Origin: Nitrospirota bacterium
Lineage (GTDB): Bacteria > Nitrospirota > Thermodesulfovibrionia > Thermodesulfovibrionales > UBA9159
NCBI GenBank assembly: GCA_963699545.1
Contig: CAVOUE010000010.1
Span: forward strand, 129,447 to 193,446
Direction of reading: 5' to 3'
DNA length: 64,000 nt
Program-made: the position numbers and the translations under genes
In this document: in pieces, positions 42,563-53,120 of the stretch
How positions within the stretch are numbered: position 1 is the first letter of the stretch
How the letters are laid out: each line of letters begins with the position of its first letter
Notes under the pieces: generated by a model
Database searches by the model: none
Told to the model about the DNA's origin: nothing
Seen by the model: the letters and a program-made list of their open reading frames with translations, nothing else

Positions 42563-43746
42563 CTATTTTCTCCTTAACCATTGCATCGGGTCGAGAGGTT
42601 TTCCTTTGTACCGCACCTCGAAATACAGAGAAGGGGCATTCAACATCCCTGACTCCCCCACCTTGCCGATGGTATCTTTCTCTTTTATTATATCTCCAAC
42701 CTTCAAAAAAGTCTCTGAGAGATTTCCGTAGAGCGTATGGTACCCTTCGCCGTGGTTGATGATGACGAGATTGCCATATCCCTTGAACCAGTCCGCAAAG
42801 ACCACCTTGCCGCTGTAGACCGCTTTCACCGACTCCTCTTCGGTCTTGATGTAAATACCGTTTCTGAACACCGGGGTATTGAACTTGGGATCCTTCTGGC
42901 TGCCGTAGGGGATGGCGACCTTGCCATTCACCGGCCAGACCAGACTGCCCTTCAGGGTCCGAGAACCCTTTCCCTTCATACGTTTCCTGCTCTTCGAGCT
43001 TCCTGATGACCTCCAGAAGCCGTTTTGATGATTCCTGGAGCTCGCGGTAGAGTCTTTCATGGCTGGACTTCTCCTTCCTCACCGATGCCAGGAGCATCTC
43101 CCTTTCTTTCTTTTTCTCTGCCAGAGAAGCCTCGGTGAGCCTGATCCTTTCCTCCCCGCGCTTCAACTCCGCACGGAGGGCCTGCAGCCGTTTTCTCTTT
43201 CTCGTCCAGTCTCTTCAGGTTCTTCGCCATATTCTTCTATACCCTTTCGCTCCCTGAAGCTGATCCTTTCCAGGTATCTCCACCTCCTCATGAGGCCCGC
43301 CATATCATCGGTCGAGGTGAGAAGAAACAATATGTCTCCGGACTGTCCGTATCGCTGCATGGCCTTAATCCGCATCTTGAGCCACTTTTTCTTCTTCTCC
43401 ATCTCTCCCCTGATAACGGTGATGTCTTTCTCGACCTTGTGTATCTCTGCCTCCGTCTGCCGTACACGTCGCTGCTGCTCTCTTAAGTCCTGCCTCGATC
43501 TGGTAAAGTCTCCTGCTCATGCTGTCCAGGTCTTCAAGGACAGACCGTTCATGTCGCTTCGCCTTCTCAAGCTTTTCTTTGTGGGTTTCCATCTCCTTCT
43601 GGATCTTGCGATATTCCTCCTTAGGATTTTCGGCTGAACCCGCCACCGGCAGGAGACAGACCGGCAGACAGCAGACAACAGACAGCAGACAGGAGAGATG
43701 CAGCGATAAGGAGCTCGCGTTACCCTTTGCAGTGTATTCTCTGCAT
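42563..43746 (-). CDS. envC: murein hydrolase activator, coiled coil + M23 (multiple frameshifts; start approximate)
   Basis: Coiled-coil fragments; WPVNG..RNGIYI, GYGNLVIINHG, LYFEVR; downstream of ftsEX. Confidence 0.88.
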
Positions 43747-43757
43747 TTCGGCTTTTG

Positions 43758-44632
43758 CTAAAACCGTATCCTTCCCATGGCTATGAGGGAACCGGTAATC
43801 CCGAGGAAAAGACCTACTGCGGGCAGCGACAGGAAGAGGTCAGCCGGAAATACCACGGCCCTTATGATGGGCACCGTGGCGCTCAACTTGTAAAACACGC
43901 TGTAGTAGAAGGCGGCAGCTATGATCATGCTGATAATACCGCCCACGGTGCCGATGACGCCGCCCTCGATCACAAAAGGGGTCCTGATAAACCCTCTCGT
44001 CGCACCCAGGAGCTTCAACGTTTCTATCTCATCCTTCCTGCGATAGAAAGAGGATCTTCACCGTGCTGTAGCAGATGAAGACGATGCCCGGAAAGCATCA
44101 CCATGGTGAGGATGAGGCCTATGGTCTCCATCCCCGCTCTTCATGGAATGGAGGGAGAGAAGGAACTTCTCGCCGTACTGGACATCATCTATCCCCTCCA
44201 TCTTCCTGAGGGAGTCCGCATAGGACTTCGCCGACTCCGGGCCGACCGCCTCTTTTTTCATCCGTATCTCGATGGAAGCAGGCAACGGGTTTTCATCCAG
44301 ACCCTCCAGAATATAATCGGCGTCTTTCAGCGATGCCTTCAACTCCTTGAGCGCTTCGTCTTTCGAAATATACTTCACCCTGTCTATGGCCCCCTGGCCT
44401 TTTATCGCGCTCATGATATGCTGGGTTTGCCTCTTCGGTCAGCCCTTCCTTCAGGTAGGCGACGATGAAGAATTTCTCCGGGAGCTTTCTGGCAAAAAGA
44501 TTCACATTGTAAATGGAGGACACCACAAGGGTTAGGACCAGAAGTCCCATGGCGATGGTCAACATCGACAAGGAGATTGATCCATTTCTCGTGCCACAGA
44601 CTCTGGAGCGCCAGCTTTACGGAATACGTCAT
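43758..44632 (-). CDS. ftsX: cell division ABC permease (frameshifted)
   Basis: YISKDEAL, ENPLPASIEI, MKLLGATRGFIRTPFVIEG. Confidence 0.9.
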
Positions 44633-44636
44633 GGTC

Positions 44637-45299
44637 TCATCCCCTCTCTTCACTCACCATATTGCCGTTATCAAGCCTGAATACCTTCTTCCCCGTATCT
44701 CTGAAAAGCTCCCTGTTATGGGTGGCGATGAGGATCGTTGTCCCCCGCACGTTTATCTCTTTGAATATCCTCATGATGCCTGCGGCGGTGTCGGGGTCGA
44801 GGTTCCCTGTGGGCTCATCCGCAAGGAGCATGATCGGGTCGCCCACAATGGCCCGGGCGATCACTACCCTCTGCTGCTCTCCCCCGGACAGAGTGGAGGG
44901 GAAACTGTCGGTTTTATGCCTGAGATTCACCATCTTGAGTGCATCGAAGACAATGGCCTTTACCTCTTTTTCAGGAATCTTCCTCACCCTGAGGGCCAGC
45001 GCCACATTGTCGTAGACGTTCTTGTTCGGTAAAAGCCTGAAATCCTGAAAGACGATGCCGATGCTCCTTCTCAGCTGGGGGATCGTGGAGTCGTCCAGTT
45101 TCCCGGTCTCCCATTTGGCGACGGTGATTCTCCCGCTGTCGGGCAGTTCCGCCGCATAGATCAGCTTCAGGAGGGTAGACTTGCCCGCGCCGCTGGGACC
45201 GGTGACAAAAACCATCTCACCTTTCTCTATCGAAAGGGTCAGGTTCCTGAGGGCGGTGGCGGTGTCATAAAATTTCGACACATCCTGAAAATGTATCAT
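44637..45299 (-). CDS. ftsE: cell division ATP-binding protein
   Basis: GPSGAGKST, LRRSIGIVFQDFRLL, LSGGEQQR, LADEPTGNLD. Confidence 0.95.
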   Translation of the reverse strand: MIHFQDVSKFYDTATALRNLTLSIEKGEMVFVTGPSGAGKSTLLKLIYAAELPDSGRITVAKWETGKLDDSTIPQLRRSIGIVFQDFRLLPNKNVYDNVALALRVRKIPEKEVKAIVFDALKMVNLRHKTDSFPSTLSGGEQQRVVIARAIVGDPIMLLADEPTGNLDPDTAAGIMRIFKEINVRGTTILIATHNRELFRDTGKKVFRLDNGNMVSEERG

Positions 45300-46261
45300 A
45301 GGGATGTCTTCACTATTTTCACGATCGCTTCCGCGGTCAACCCATACAGCGCCAGAAGCTCCTCCGGCTTGCCTGAACGGCCGAAGGTGTCCTGCACGCC
45401 GACCCTCTTGATCACCACCGGATGCCGCTCCGAGAGGAACTCGCATACCGCGCTTCCCAGTCCTCCTATGACCGAATGCTCTTCAGCGGTTACGATCAGC
45501 CTCGATGCCCGAGCCGCTGCCAGCACGGCCTCCGCATCAAGGGGTTTAATGGTCGACATATTGACGACCCCCACATCAAGTCCCTCAGATTTCAGCATCT
45601 CCCGGGCATCCAGGGATACGGAGACCATGAAGCCGGCGGCAATGATATTCGCATCCCTTCCCGTATGAAAGGTGTAAGCCCTGCCGATCTGGAACCGGTA
45701 GTCCGCGGGCATTACCGCAGGGACCTTGGCCCTTCCCAGTCTCACATAGACAGGACCATAATAATCCGCGATGGACCGGATCACCTGCTCTGTCTCTCCA
45801 CCGTCAGCAGGAACGATCACGGTCATATCGGGCAAGACCCTCATCAGCGAGACATCCATCAGCGCCTGATGAGATGCTCCATCCTCACCCACGGTGATCC
45901 CGCTGTGTGTGGCAACGAGCTTCACGTTCAGCTTCGAGTAGCAGATGCTCTGGCGTATCTGCTCCCATGCCCTTCCCGTCTCGAAGATAGCAAACGTGGA
46001 AGCGAAGGGGACTTTACCCGCGAGGGAAAGTCCCCCGGCGGTTCCGACCAGGTCCTGCTCGGATATGCCGATATTGAAGAATCTCTCCGGGAATGCCTTG
46101 GCAAACTTGGCGGTCTTTGTGGAGCCTGACAGATCGGCATCCAGCACCACGACATCCTCCCTTGTCCTGCCTAGTTCAAGAAGCGCAGCGCCGTAAGCAT
46201 CTCTTGTCGCCATCGCCTTTGGTTTGTCGTCCGGTACCGTGCCCTCTTTTCTCTCTCCCAT
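45296..46261 (-). CDS. transketolase C-terminal subunit
   Basis: ATRDAYG, LDADL, GISEQ, GEDGASHQ, EEHSVIGGLG. Confidence 0.93.
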   Translation of the reverse strand: MGERKEGTVPDDKPKAMATRDAYGAALLELGRTREDVVVLDADLSGSTKTAKFAKAFPERFFNIGISEQDLVGTAGGLSLAGKVPFASTFAIFETGRAWEQIRQSICYSKLNVKLVATHSGITVGEDGASHQALMDVSLMRVLPDMTVIVPADGGETEQVIRSIADYYGPVYVRLGRAKVPAVMPADYRFQIGRAYTFHTGRDANIIAAGFMVSVSLDAREMLKSEGLDVGVVNMSTIKPLDAEAVLAAARASRLIVTAEEHSVIGGLGSAVCEFLSERHPVVIKRVGVQDTFGRSGKPEELLALYGLTAEAIVKIVKTSL

Positions 46262-47094
46262 TATTCCAGCTCCTTCAAGGCCTTCTCCTGCTCTTCCCTG
46301 GTGGGCGTTATGCCGTGATACTCCGCCTTTCCCTCAAAGAAGGAGACGCCCTTCCCTTTCACTGTCCTGGCCACAATGACTGTTGGTTTCCCCTTCGCTT
46401 TTTCCGCTTCGTCCAGCCCATGAATGATCTGCTCCATGTTGTGGCCGTCGATATCCATCACGTTCCAGCCAAAGGCCTTCCATTTGTCAGTGATGGGCTC
46501 GATCTTCATGACGTCGCAGCAAAAGCCGTCTATCTGCAGTCCGTTGTTGTCGACAATGGCACAGAGATTGTCCACACCGTAATGGGCTGCGGTCATGGCA
46601 GCCTCCCACACCTGGCCTTCCTGGAGCTCGCCGTCTCCGAGGAGGCAGTACACCCGTGAATCGAGGCTGTCCATCCTGAGGCCCAGCGCAATACCGTTTG
46701 CGAGAGAAAGCCCCTGGCCCAGAGAACCGGTCGAAACCTCCACCCCGCTGAGGGTCTTCGAACTGGGATGTCCCTGCAGGGGACTGTCTATTCTCCGGAG
46801 CGTCTTGAGAAGCCCGCGGTCAAAATATCCGGTAAGGGCGAGAGCAGCGTAAAGCACCGGGGCCGCATGGCCCTTGGAGAGGATAAAACGGTCCCTCTCC
46901 CTCCATTCAGGGTCCCGGGGTCTGTGCCTCAGCTTACAAAAATAAAGGGCGGTCACAATGTCTGCCGCCGAAAGGGAGCCCCCTGTATGGCCCGACCCTG
47001 ACTCCGTCAGCATCTTGATGATCTCCCTCCTTATCTCCCGTGCGTGCTGCTCCAGCTGTTTCACATCCCTCGTCAGTCCTTCCTGGGTCGTCAT
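46261..47094 (-). CDS. transketolase N-terminal subunit
   Basis: SGHTGGSLS, DRFILSKGH, TGSLGQG, GDGE..NN TPP motif. Confidence 0.94.
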   Translation of the reverse strand: MTTQEGLTRDVKQLEQHAREIRREIIKMLTESGSGHTGGSLSAADIVTALYFCKLRHRPRDPEWRERDRFILSKGHAAPVLYAALALTGYFDRGLLKTLRRIDSPLQGHPSSKTLSGVEVSTGSLGQGLSLANGIALGLRMDSLDSRVYCLLGDGELQEGQVWEAAMTAAHYGVDNLCAIVDNNGLQIDGFCCDVMKIEPITDKWKAFGWNVMDIDGHNMEQIIHGLDEAEKAKGKPTVIVARTVKGKGVSFFEGKAEYHGITPTREEQEKALKELE

Positions 47095-47486
47095 TTCTTT
47101 ACCTTCCTCGAAATATGTTCAAGCAGAATTTCATCAAGACTCTTGGCGCGCACCCCGGCCTTGGGCTCCTGCGGCGCAGTCACCCCATCCTTTTCCTCAT
47201 TCCCGGAAAGGACCTGTTCAGTTTCGCCGGGCTTTTTGACCTCACATTCCCCTTTAATCAGCGCCCGTATCATCTCCCGATGCTGATGCTTCATGAGATC
47301 CCTGATCTGCTCCCTGAAATGAGGGTGCCCGACAATATGTGAATAGCCCGTTTTGACGGAGCGAAGGATGGCTCCCTGGAAAAACAGGAGTGTTATGATA
47401 CAGGGATTCATCAGACCACTATCCTCGGTCTGGACATGGTAAACCTTTCCTTTATAGGGCACGTTCGTGTTGTAGCCGATAAGCAT
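47091..47486 (-). CDS. conserved hypothetical protein
   Basis: GYNTNV..YHVQTEDSG..ITLLF..GAIL; C-terminal KSLDEILLE. Confidence 0.75.
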   Translation of the reverse strand: MLIGYNTNVPYKGKVYHVQTEDSGLMNPCIITLLFFQGAILRSVKTGYSHIVGHPHFREQIRDLMKHQHREMIRALIKGECEVKKPGETEQVLSGNEEKDGVTAPQEPKAGVRAKSLDEILLEHISRKVKK

Positions 47487-47648
47487 TATGACTATGCCTG
47501 TTTCCCCCGGACCCATTTTCCCCGGGAATGAGCCGTAATGGAGTTACGCAATGCATCCGCGAAGATATTATATACGGGATAAAGGAAGAGTTACAAGAGA
47601 GGAAAAGAGAAAAGGACCTGCACAGTGTTTCAGGAGGGTCGGTCCGGA

Positions 47649-48215
47649 TCAGCTCCTTCTCTCGTACCACTCCATCAGGTAAAACATTCCTCCCGCCAGG
47701 GCATACACGAAGGCCATCACAATCCAGTGGCCGGTGCCCATCACCTTTGGCAGCGTTACATCTCCCATGGGTGAGGACACATAAAAACCTTCGAGGAAAG
47801 GATAGAGAACCGCAAATGAGAGAGAGCCCGCCCCTATTCCGATCATCGTGACCAATGCGTCAATCCTCCCTGATGCAAAGCCTGCCACAGCCGTTCCCGG
47901 ACAGTATCCGCTGAATACAAAGCCTATGCCGAAGAGGGCCCCTCCCACAACTTGAGGCCAGAAAAAGGTCGGCACGATCCATATCCTGCTCATGTCCAGA
48001 AGCTTCAGGTCTGACAGAAGATATAATCCGGTGGCCGCAACAATGATCGCGGTGAACATGACCTTCGGGACGGTAAAATCGGTGAGATAGAACACCCCGG
48101 TGAGCTTGTGGGGGTTGCCAAGGCCTCCCCTTTCGAGAAAGAGACCGAAGAAGATTCCCAATATGACGGCCAGCAAAAGGCCTGTGCCCTGACTGAATAA
48201 TAAAGGTGCTATCAT
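47649..48215 (-). CDS. YeeE/YedE sulfur-compound transporter
   Basis: FGLFLERGG, GGALFGIGFVFSGYCPGT. Confidence 0.9.
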   Translation of the reverse strand: MIAPLLFSQGTGLLLAVILGIFFGLFLERGGLGNPHKLTGVFYLTDFTVPKVMFTAIIVAATGLYLLSDLKLLDMSRIWIVPTFFWPQVVGGALFGIGFVFSGYCPGTAVAGFASGRIDALVTMIGIGAGSLSFAVLYPFLEGFYVSSPMGDVTLPKVMGTGHWIVMAFVYALAGGMFYLMEWYERRS

Positions 48216-48750
48216 GACCACAACCTCCTGAAAAGTGCTGCGACGATGAAGCCGCCTATGAACATGGAGATAACGAATATCCAGCCCGATATCGCAAGCT
48301 GTGCCCCGCCCGACAGGGCAACTCCGCTTGTGCATCCCCTCGCCAGCCTGCTCGCAAAACCGATCAAAATGCCCCCACCAAATGCAGTGAGCAGCCTTGT
48401 TCCCTTCCCCATACTCTCGCCCTTATCCAGCTTAAACTTAAAGTTTCCGCCTACGAGAGAGGCTGCAAGGGCACCCAGGAATAGCCCCAGGATCTCAAAG
48501 AGGACCCAATTCATCAATGGAGCTTCGACTATTCAGATATTGAGAAAAATATTCGAGGCTTTTTGCGTACTCGGGACTGAGTTTGCCCATGCCGACGCCC
48601 GTCAGCAGGGAAAAAGCACTGGAGGCGCCCAGGCCCCACCCCACGATGACGAACGTCGCAAGGAGGGTCAGTCCGAGGCCCGCCCCCGCGATATATGGTG
48701 ACCAGAAATTACCTTCTTTTATAACAACCTCCGGGGTCTTCCGAGGTCAA
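48212..48750 (-). CDS. YeeE/YedE sulfur-compound transporter (frameshifted; start approximate)
   Basis: WSPYIAGAGLG, GLGASS, GFASRLARGCTSG. Confidence 0.88.
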
Positions 48751-48898
48751 GACACCTCTTTTCTTCGTTAGTTGCACTGTTGCTAAACAAAAGACCCATA
48801 ACTTCATTATACCATCTCATTTTCCGATAAAACAATAGTACCACCGATTGAAAGGGGAAGGAATGAAGACACGACACAATCAGAGGAAAAAAGGAATT

Positions 48899-48923
48899 GA
48901 AAGGGGGACAGGGTCCCCCTTTC
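48899..48923 (-). terminator. hairpin after the outer-membrane protein gene
   Basis: GAAAGGGGGAC-AGG-GTCCCCCTTTC perfect stem. Confidence 0.65.
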
Positions 48924-48929
48924 TGATGC

Positions 48930-50201
48930 TTAGAATCTCCAGGTAAATCCGAATTCGAGGCTGTTTTCGCTCAGGTTCGACTCAAGGGTCACCGGCTGGC
49001 CGGCGAACGTCGTACCACTTTCCTTGATCTGCTCTTTGAAACGCATGGGTATAGCCGGCATTAATCGCAAACTGCTTCGAGATGTCGTATCCTATGCCAA
49101 AGGTGAGATGCTGCTTCACAATGGCAGGGAACCCGATGATCCTGAATGTCTCATAGTAGTAGGTAGGAAGGGATTTACCCTGAACAGACGTCATTGCAGG
49201 ACCGTCGGGGTAGCGCCGACAAAATTGTTATGCTCTCTCACAGGGTTGTTCCCATAATTGTATCCGATGCGAAGGGCGAGCTGTTTTATGGGTTTATACT
49301 GAGCACCCATCTCCAAAGACCCACTGGTCTTTCCAGTCAAAGTCATCATATCCCTTAGCATTCTGCCAGTTTATCCATTTTCCATCAACCTCAAGAAGCA
49401 GGGTGCCTTTGATCGGCTCAAAGGCGACACCAAGACCGATCTGCTGCGGGGACTGCAGTTTCAGGTCATCAGCTCTTCCGTCGCCGTCAAAATCTTTCAC
49501 CTTCTCATGATTGACCGACTGAGGGGAAACATAGGTTAGACCCGAGGGAGACGATGTCCGCGACTTTATAAATTGCGCCAAGCTGAACACCTAGGCCATA
49601 GTTGGAGGAAGTGCCGCTCCTCAGGTCAAGATTCGCATAGTCAATATGCACTGCAAGACCGACCGAGAACTTCTCATTGGGCTGATATGCTACGGAGGGA
49701 GCAAATTTCAGAATCTGGAGCTGGGTATACTGCCCCGGCAATCAGCGGGTTGCCCCCGAAGGGAGGGTAGTGGGGCTGATCAAGGCTCGTATTCCTGTAG
49801 TCGACACCCAGACCCGATACGCCGTAGGCCGCAAGGCCGAATCTCCAGTTCTGGTTGATCGGGACAGAAAGTCCGATGGCCGGTATCGCATACACGTTGC
49901 TCTCGCTGTCGGCACTGAACTCCTGGCCGGCGATAGTTACCTTTGCATCAACATTCGGCATGAACAGGGTTCCCGCAAAATTGAATTCGCTCCCGGGACA
50001 GTAAGGCCCGAAACACATGGCAGCTGGATTCGCAAAGACCGCGCTGATGGCATCCTGCGGCGCCGCGATGCCCACCCCTCCCATGGCCCTGGAAATGGGG
50101 CCGATACTCATTAGATTGTCGCCGTTTGTTGCCATGGCAGGGGATACCACCGTTACAACGATCCCTAAAATTGCCAAGATCACAAAAAACCTTCTCATCA
50201 C
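48930..50201 (-). CDS. FadL/TodX family outer-membrane transporter (frameshifted)
   Basis: Signal peptide, ATNG..SRAMGG hatch, NPAA motif, beta-strands, C-terminal ..TWRF. Confidence 0.85.
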
Positions 50202-50270
50202 TGCCTCCTTTGTGAATGTTGATAATCCCTTACTCTTGCCCCCACTGCTCTCCTTATCTCACCTCCCTCC

Positions 50271-51242
50271 TTATTTCAGATTGGCACTCACCATTTCAAC
50301 GATCTCTTCCTGTATCTGACCCGGCATCCCCATGTTCTTCATGAATGCCCATTTGCCGGCATCTTCAAAATAGACTTTCATCCTGTACATCCCGTCGAGA
50401 ACGACGACTTTTACCTTGCCACCCTCTTTATACACGATCACCTCGATCGGAAAGGCAGCGTTATGGTCAATGCCAGGGAATTTGAAAGAATCAGAGGACC
50501 GCTTCTCCCCCGCAATTTTGAAAGCCCGTCTCTCCATCTTTGCTTCCGTTACCCCAAAGATTATTGCACCTTGGGCAGAAAGGTCAAGTGTATAGAGCAG
50601 CTTCCAGTTCTTCTTGTTTTCGAGGATTCCCTTCCTGACATTCTCCGAGAACTTTTTTGAAGGTGGCATCAGAACCGTCCGTGGCCGCATAAACCTCTTC
50701 TATCTTGTCCGTGAAGTCGCCACCACCCATACCGCCGACCTTTCCTCTTTCCCTTATCTCGCCAATCTGTTTTCTCACGACATTGCCCGGAACGTCCTTT
50801 GAGATGACGTCAACGATGGAATTGATCGTAGAGAGTGAAAGGTCGTCGAGTTTCGTCTCATGGATCATCGTCCTGTTTATCGAGGCAGGATTGAGAACCG
50901 CCACGTTTATGCCGGTCTCATCCTCGTAAATTCCTGCCCTCAGGGGCAATGCAAATGCGGCTTTTACCCCGTTTGAGAGAATGGATTTTGCGTAGGCAGG
51001 TGAACTGAAAACGATGACCTTTGAACGAAAAGTGCAGCCCGTCAGGAACCCCGGTGGTATAAGCTGCAAGAATCTCCCATCCGGCACTCTTCAGGGCAGA
51101 ATCAACCCTGTTGCTTACTTCATCAAAATTCCCCTTTGCTTTTTCGACCACCTTCACATACACACCGTGTTCAGCGGCAAAGCTGACAGATACGGAAAGA
51201 ACAGAGCGTCAGGGCGATAGAGAGAACTCTACTGAGCATCAT
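50271..51242 (-). CDS. periplasmic DUF302-like protein (frameshifted)
   Basis: Signal peptide; two repeats FALPLRAGIYE and AAFPIEVIVYKEGGKVKV. Confidence 0.6.
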
Positions 51243-51260
51243 ACGTCCCTCCCTCTTCAT

Positions 51261-51497
51261 TTATTTCTTCCTGATGAAAAATGCATAGACATCACCCTTG
51301 TCCTGTACCTCGAGGAGTTCGTTGCCGGTCCGTCTGAGCATCGCAGGGATGTCCGCCTTTGAGCCCTTGTCCGTGACCTCCACAAAGAGAACCTGGCCGG
51401 GCTGCAGGGAATCCAGCGCCTTCTTCGTCTTCACCACCGGCATCGGACAGCTGAGCCCCTTCAGATCAAGGCTCGCAGTCGCATCTGATTTGTTCAT
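51261..51497 (-). CDS. tusA: TusA family sulfur carrier
   Basis: LDLKGLSCPMPVVK. Confidence 0.92.
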   Translation of the reverse strand: MNKSDATASLDLKGLSCPMPVVKTKKALDSLQPGQVLFVEVTDKGSKADIPAMLRRTGNELLEVQDKGDVYAFFIRKK

Positions 51498-51550
51498 ATA
51501 TTCTCACCTCACTTCCGTGTACTGTGCTTGGAACCGAATTTGTTTCGGAA

Positions 51551-52033
51551 TCAGACAAACAGGTTTATATCTGCATCAAGGGCAAAGTCCAGGAACTCCG
51601 CCGCTCCCGCCACCTCTACCCCCTCCACCAGATCGTCTTTGCTCACTCCGGTCATCTCAAGAGTAGGGGTGCATGCGATCATCTTCACTCCGGATTCGAG
51701 ACAGACATCCATGAGCTCCGGAATGGATGGCCAGTTGATCTTCTTGATCATACGCTTCATCATCATGCTCGCCATGGCCGTCATTCCCGGCAGAATGCCC
51801 AGGATGTTCGGGATCGGGATAGGGGAAGGCATTGCGGGGTTTGCGATGGGAGCTACTTGAAGGGAACGATACTTCTTCTTGTTTACGATATCCACGCCAT
51901 AGAGCGTGAAAAATATCCCCACCTCCACATCCATGGCAACAGCAGTTGATGCGAGGATCAGGGGGGGATATGCCATGTCCAGTGTTCCTTTTGACGCAAT
52001 GATCGCCATTCTTTTCTTCTTCTTCTCTTCCAT
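51551..52033 (-). CDS. DsrE2/DrsH-like sulfurtransferase (peroxiredoxin-like)
   Basis: IIASKGTLDMAYPPLILASTA, IFFTLYG, MIACTPT, AGAAEFL. Confidence 0.88.
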   Translation of the reverse strand: MEEKKKKRMAIIASKGTLDMAYPPLILASTAVAMDVEVGIFFTLYGVDIVNKKKYRSLQVAPIANPAMPSPIPIPNILGILPGMTAMASMMMKRMIKKINWPSIPELMDVCLESGVKMIACTPTLEMTGVSKDDLVEGVEVAGAAEFLDFALDADINLFV

Positions 52034-52068
52034 GTCTTTCACCTCCAATACTGGCAACGTATGACATA

Positions 52069-52097
52069 AATATAGCGAAGTCAACGAGTAAAGTCAA
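52069..52097 (-). promoter_or_regulatory. promoter TTGACT-N17-TATATT for the sulfur cluster
   Basis: Near-consensus hexamers; TTGACTT occurs twice. Confidence 0.55.
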
Positions 52098-52156
52098 GCA
52101 GATTCGCACTCTCGCAACAGTGCACTCGAAAGGAAAGCACTTTTCATATTTACCTC

Positions 52157-53002
52157 TTATCGCGGTGAAAGGAGGGGGTCCTTGATCCCTGCCTCCCTAA
52201 AGCCCTTTCCCCTGAACCTGCAGCTGTCACATCTTCCGCAGGGCATGTAAACAGTTCGGCGTTCGGAGTTTTCAGGACCCTTCACTCTGAACTTTGACCT
52301 TTGTCCCCGCAGGCGCCCCGCCGGGGCGGGAACTTCTTCTTGCGGGTCGTAACAGCTCCATGTGAGAGAATAATCAAGCCCCAGATCAACTCCCTTCATT
52401 ATTATTTCCTTCTTTGTCATGAACAGGAGAGGCGTCTTTATTCTGAACCGGAGATTCCCTTCCACAGACGCCTTTGTGGCAAGGTTTGCCATATCCTCAA
52501 ATGCCTTCAGGTACTCGGGCCGGCAGTCAGGATAGCCGCTGTAGTCCACGGCATTAGCGCCGATGAAGATGTCGGCGGCACCAAGGACCTCTGCCCACGC
52601 CAGTGCAAACGAAAGGAAAATGGTGTTCCGGGCAGGCACATAGGTGACGGGAATCACTGATGGGTGACGGCCAATGAGCGACGATCCCCTGGATTTGGCT
52701 TTATCTCTTGAGTTATCACCAGTGACGTGTGGTTTGTAGCGTTCTTTCGGCACTTCCATGTCCGACGTGAGGGCCGAGCCGCCTATTTCCCTCAGATCAA
52801 AGGCTATAACAAGATGGCCCTTAACGCCCAGGCTCTTCGCCACCGCTTTTGCCGATTCCAGTTCCCTCCTGTGCCTCTGGCAGTAATCAAAACTCAGGGC
52901 GTAAAGATCATACCCCCCGGATTTTGCAACGGCAAGGGTGGTGGATGAGTCAATGCCTCCGCTCAGAAGAACAATAGCCTTACCCGTCTTGCGCCTTCTC
53001 AT
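52157..53002 (-). CDS. queC: 7-cyano-7-deazaguanine synthase with two low-complexity insertions
   Basis: [36 protein letters not shown]. Confidence 0.96.
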   Translation of the reverse strand: MRRRKTGKAIVLLSGGIDSSTTLAVAKSGGYDLYALSFDYCQRHRRELESAKAVAKSLGVKGHLVIAFDLREIGGSALTSDMEVPKERYKPHVTGDNSRDKAKSRGSSLIGRHPSVIPVTYVPARNTIFLSFALAWAEVLGAADIFIGANAVDYSGYPDCRPEYLKAFEDMANLATKASVEGNLRFRIKTPLLFMTKKEIIMKGVDLGLDYSLTWSCYDPQEEVPAPAGRLRGQRSKFRVKGPENSERRTVYMPCGRCDSCRFRGKGFREAGIKDPLLSPR

Positions 53003-53120
53003 GACATTTCACGGTTACTTGTGAGATAAGGTCTTATGCCGGACATATGGATGAAGGGATTCTCGCTCGCGTGTTCTCACGACTCCCGGACCCTTTGAAC
53101 GCTTTTAAATCACGGTCCAC

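Noticed and set aside
52157-53002. queC as part of a 7-deazaguanine DNA-modification or QatABCD defence system
   Set aside because: Housekeeping context with no dpd, qat or other defence genes nearby.
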